Source of the DNA: Rhina ancylostomus
Lineage: Eukaryota
Length of the DNA: 64,000 nucleotides
Direction: 5' to 3'
Assembly: GCA_030265395.1 (NCBI GenBank)
Contig: JARFYF010000061.1
Span: 19,991,542 to 20,055,541 of the forward strand
Each line of letters starts with the position of its first letter. Position 1 is the stretch's first letter. This document shows positions 63,051 to 64,000 of this stretch, one piece after another. The position numbers and the translations under genes were made by a program. Under the pieces are notes generated by a model that was not told the DNA's origin, did no database searches, and saw nothing but the letters and a program-made list of their open reading frames with translations.

Positions 63051-64000
63051 CTGCTAGAAAAAAAAAGATAACCATGCTTCAAATTTTAAATTTTTTCACA
63101 ATACACAAATAAAGTACAGCAAAATTACTGTTAAAATGATTAATCTTATAACACATGAGAAATCACTGCACATTATGCCTTGCCTCTACAGTTAAAACAT
63201 GTAAATCAGTAACATTCCAGCTTAAGAGATGGTTTATGCAAGTATAATTAATTAACACAGAAGAATAATTTTTCTCAAATATTTATAAACGCCACTGCTG
63301 AAAACTAGCAATACTCCAAGTACTGGTATCACCAAGCAAAATCTCAGCGGTCAGGAGAGGTAGCTTTCCAGGTGATATTATAGTGAAAAAAAAATCACCA
63401 AATTCAGAGTGCACCAAGATCTAAACATTTAATACAGTAACCTAAGCCATGCTATTGTGTATATAGATGCGCAAAACTTGCAGGAAAACTCAAACATCAC
63501 ACAGTACATGCATTTAATGAATTTAACACAACTACCCTCAGCTCAATTTTTTTAACATTTTAAGAAATAAATTGAAAATTTGTTACTTTAAAGGCAACTT
63601 ATTTAATATCATAAATCAGTACAAGGAAATAAATATGTTCTGTGAGAATCAGAATGCACATTAAAGACTATTAATTGTTTTCTTGTGTATAGCTGGATAA
63701 TAAGCATAAGGACAAAATGATTAACCAGGATCAGAAAATTTAGTAAAAAAATGCTTAAGCTCCCACAGACATCATATTCAACAATTACTATAATTTGAAC
63801 AACAAGTAATTCAGTGTAAGGGAGGTCTTCATGGATTATATACCTCCCATGGATAAGCTTCCACTTGCAAAAATCTCCCTGTGCCAAGTTGTCATCGGTT
63901 ATGGCTGCAGTACCCAGCTCCAACAGCTTTTATGCTTGTTTTGTTGAACAACATGTCTATATTTGTGTTCTACAACTATTTACTACTGTAATTGTAATAA

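Noticed and set aside
63844-63878. AG...GT-bounded 35-bp segment as possible ELL exon 2
   Set aside because: Length and phase do not fit the phase-0 start of exon 3, and the peptide does not resemble ELL exon 2, which probably lies outside the window.

Overview
Vertebrate genomic scaffold with many N gaps. The repeat content (tRNA-derived HE1-type SINEs, Deu-domain SacSINE1-like SINEs, CR1, RTE, Rex1/Babar and Penelope elements) points to a cartilaginous fish; this is an inference. The only host protein-coding gene I can support is a minus-strand RNA polymerase II elongation factor of the ELL family (ELL2-like). Ten coding exons, equivalent to ELL2 exons 3-12, were traced by hand from 63050 to the TGA stop at 22110. 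All visible splice sites are GT-AG and phases match across every intron where both ends are visible. Exons 1-2 lie beyond the right edge, and exon 5 runs into an assembly gap. A long AT-rich putative 3'UTR follows (down to about 15.5 kb), and 1-15 kb is transposon-rich intergenic DNA. Most ORFs in the supplied track are spurious or TE fragments. Main observations: a divergent ELL paralog; Penelope-associated minimal hammerhead-ribozyme motifs with compensatory stem changes between copies; a ~240 bp near-perfect intronic inverted duplication; two candidate stop-containing micro-exons; a cluster of three miR-124 seed sites; two LTR-bounded elements with 5-bp TSDs; and a strong CTCF-like site. 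I see no evidence for a wholly new multi-gene system.
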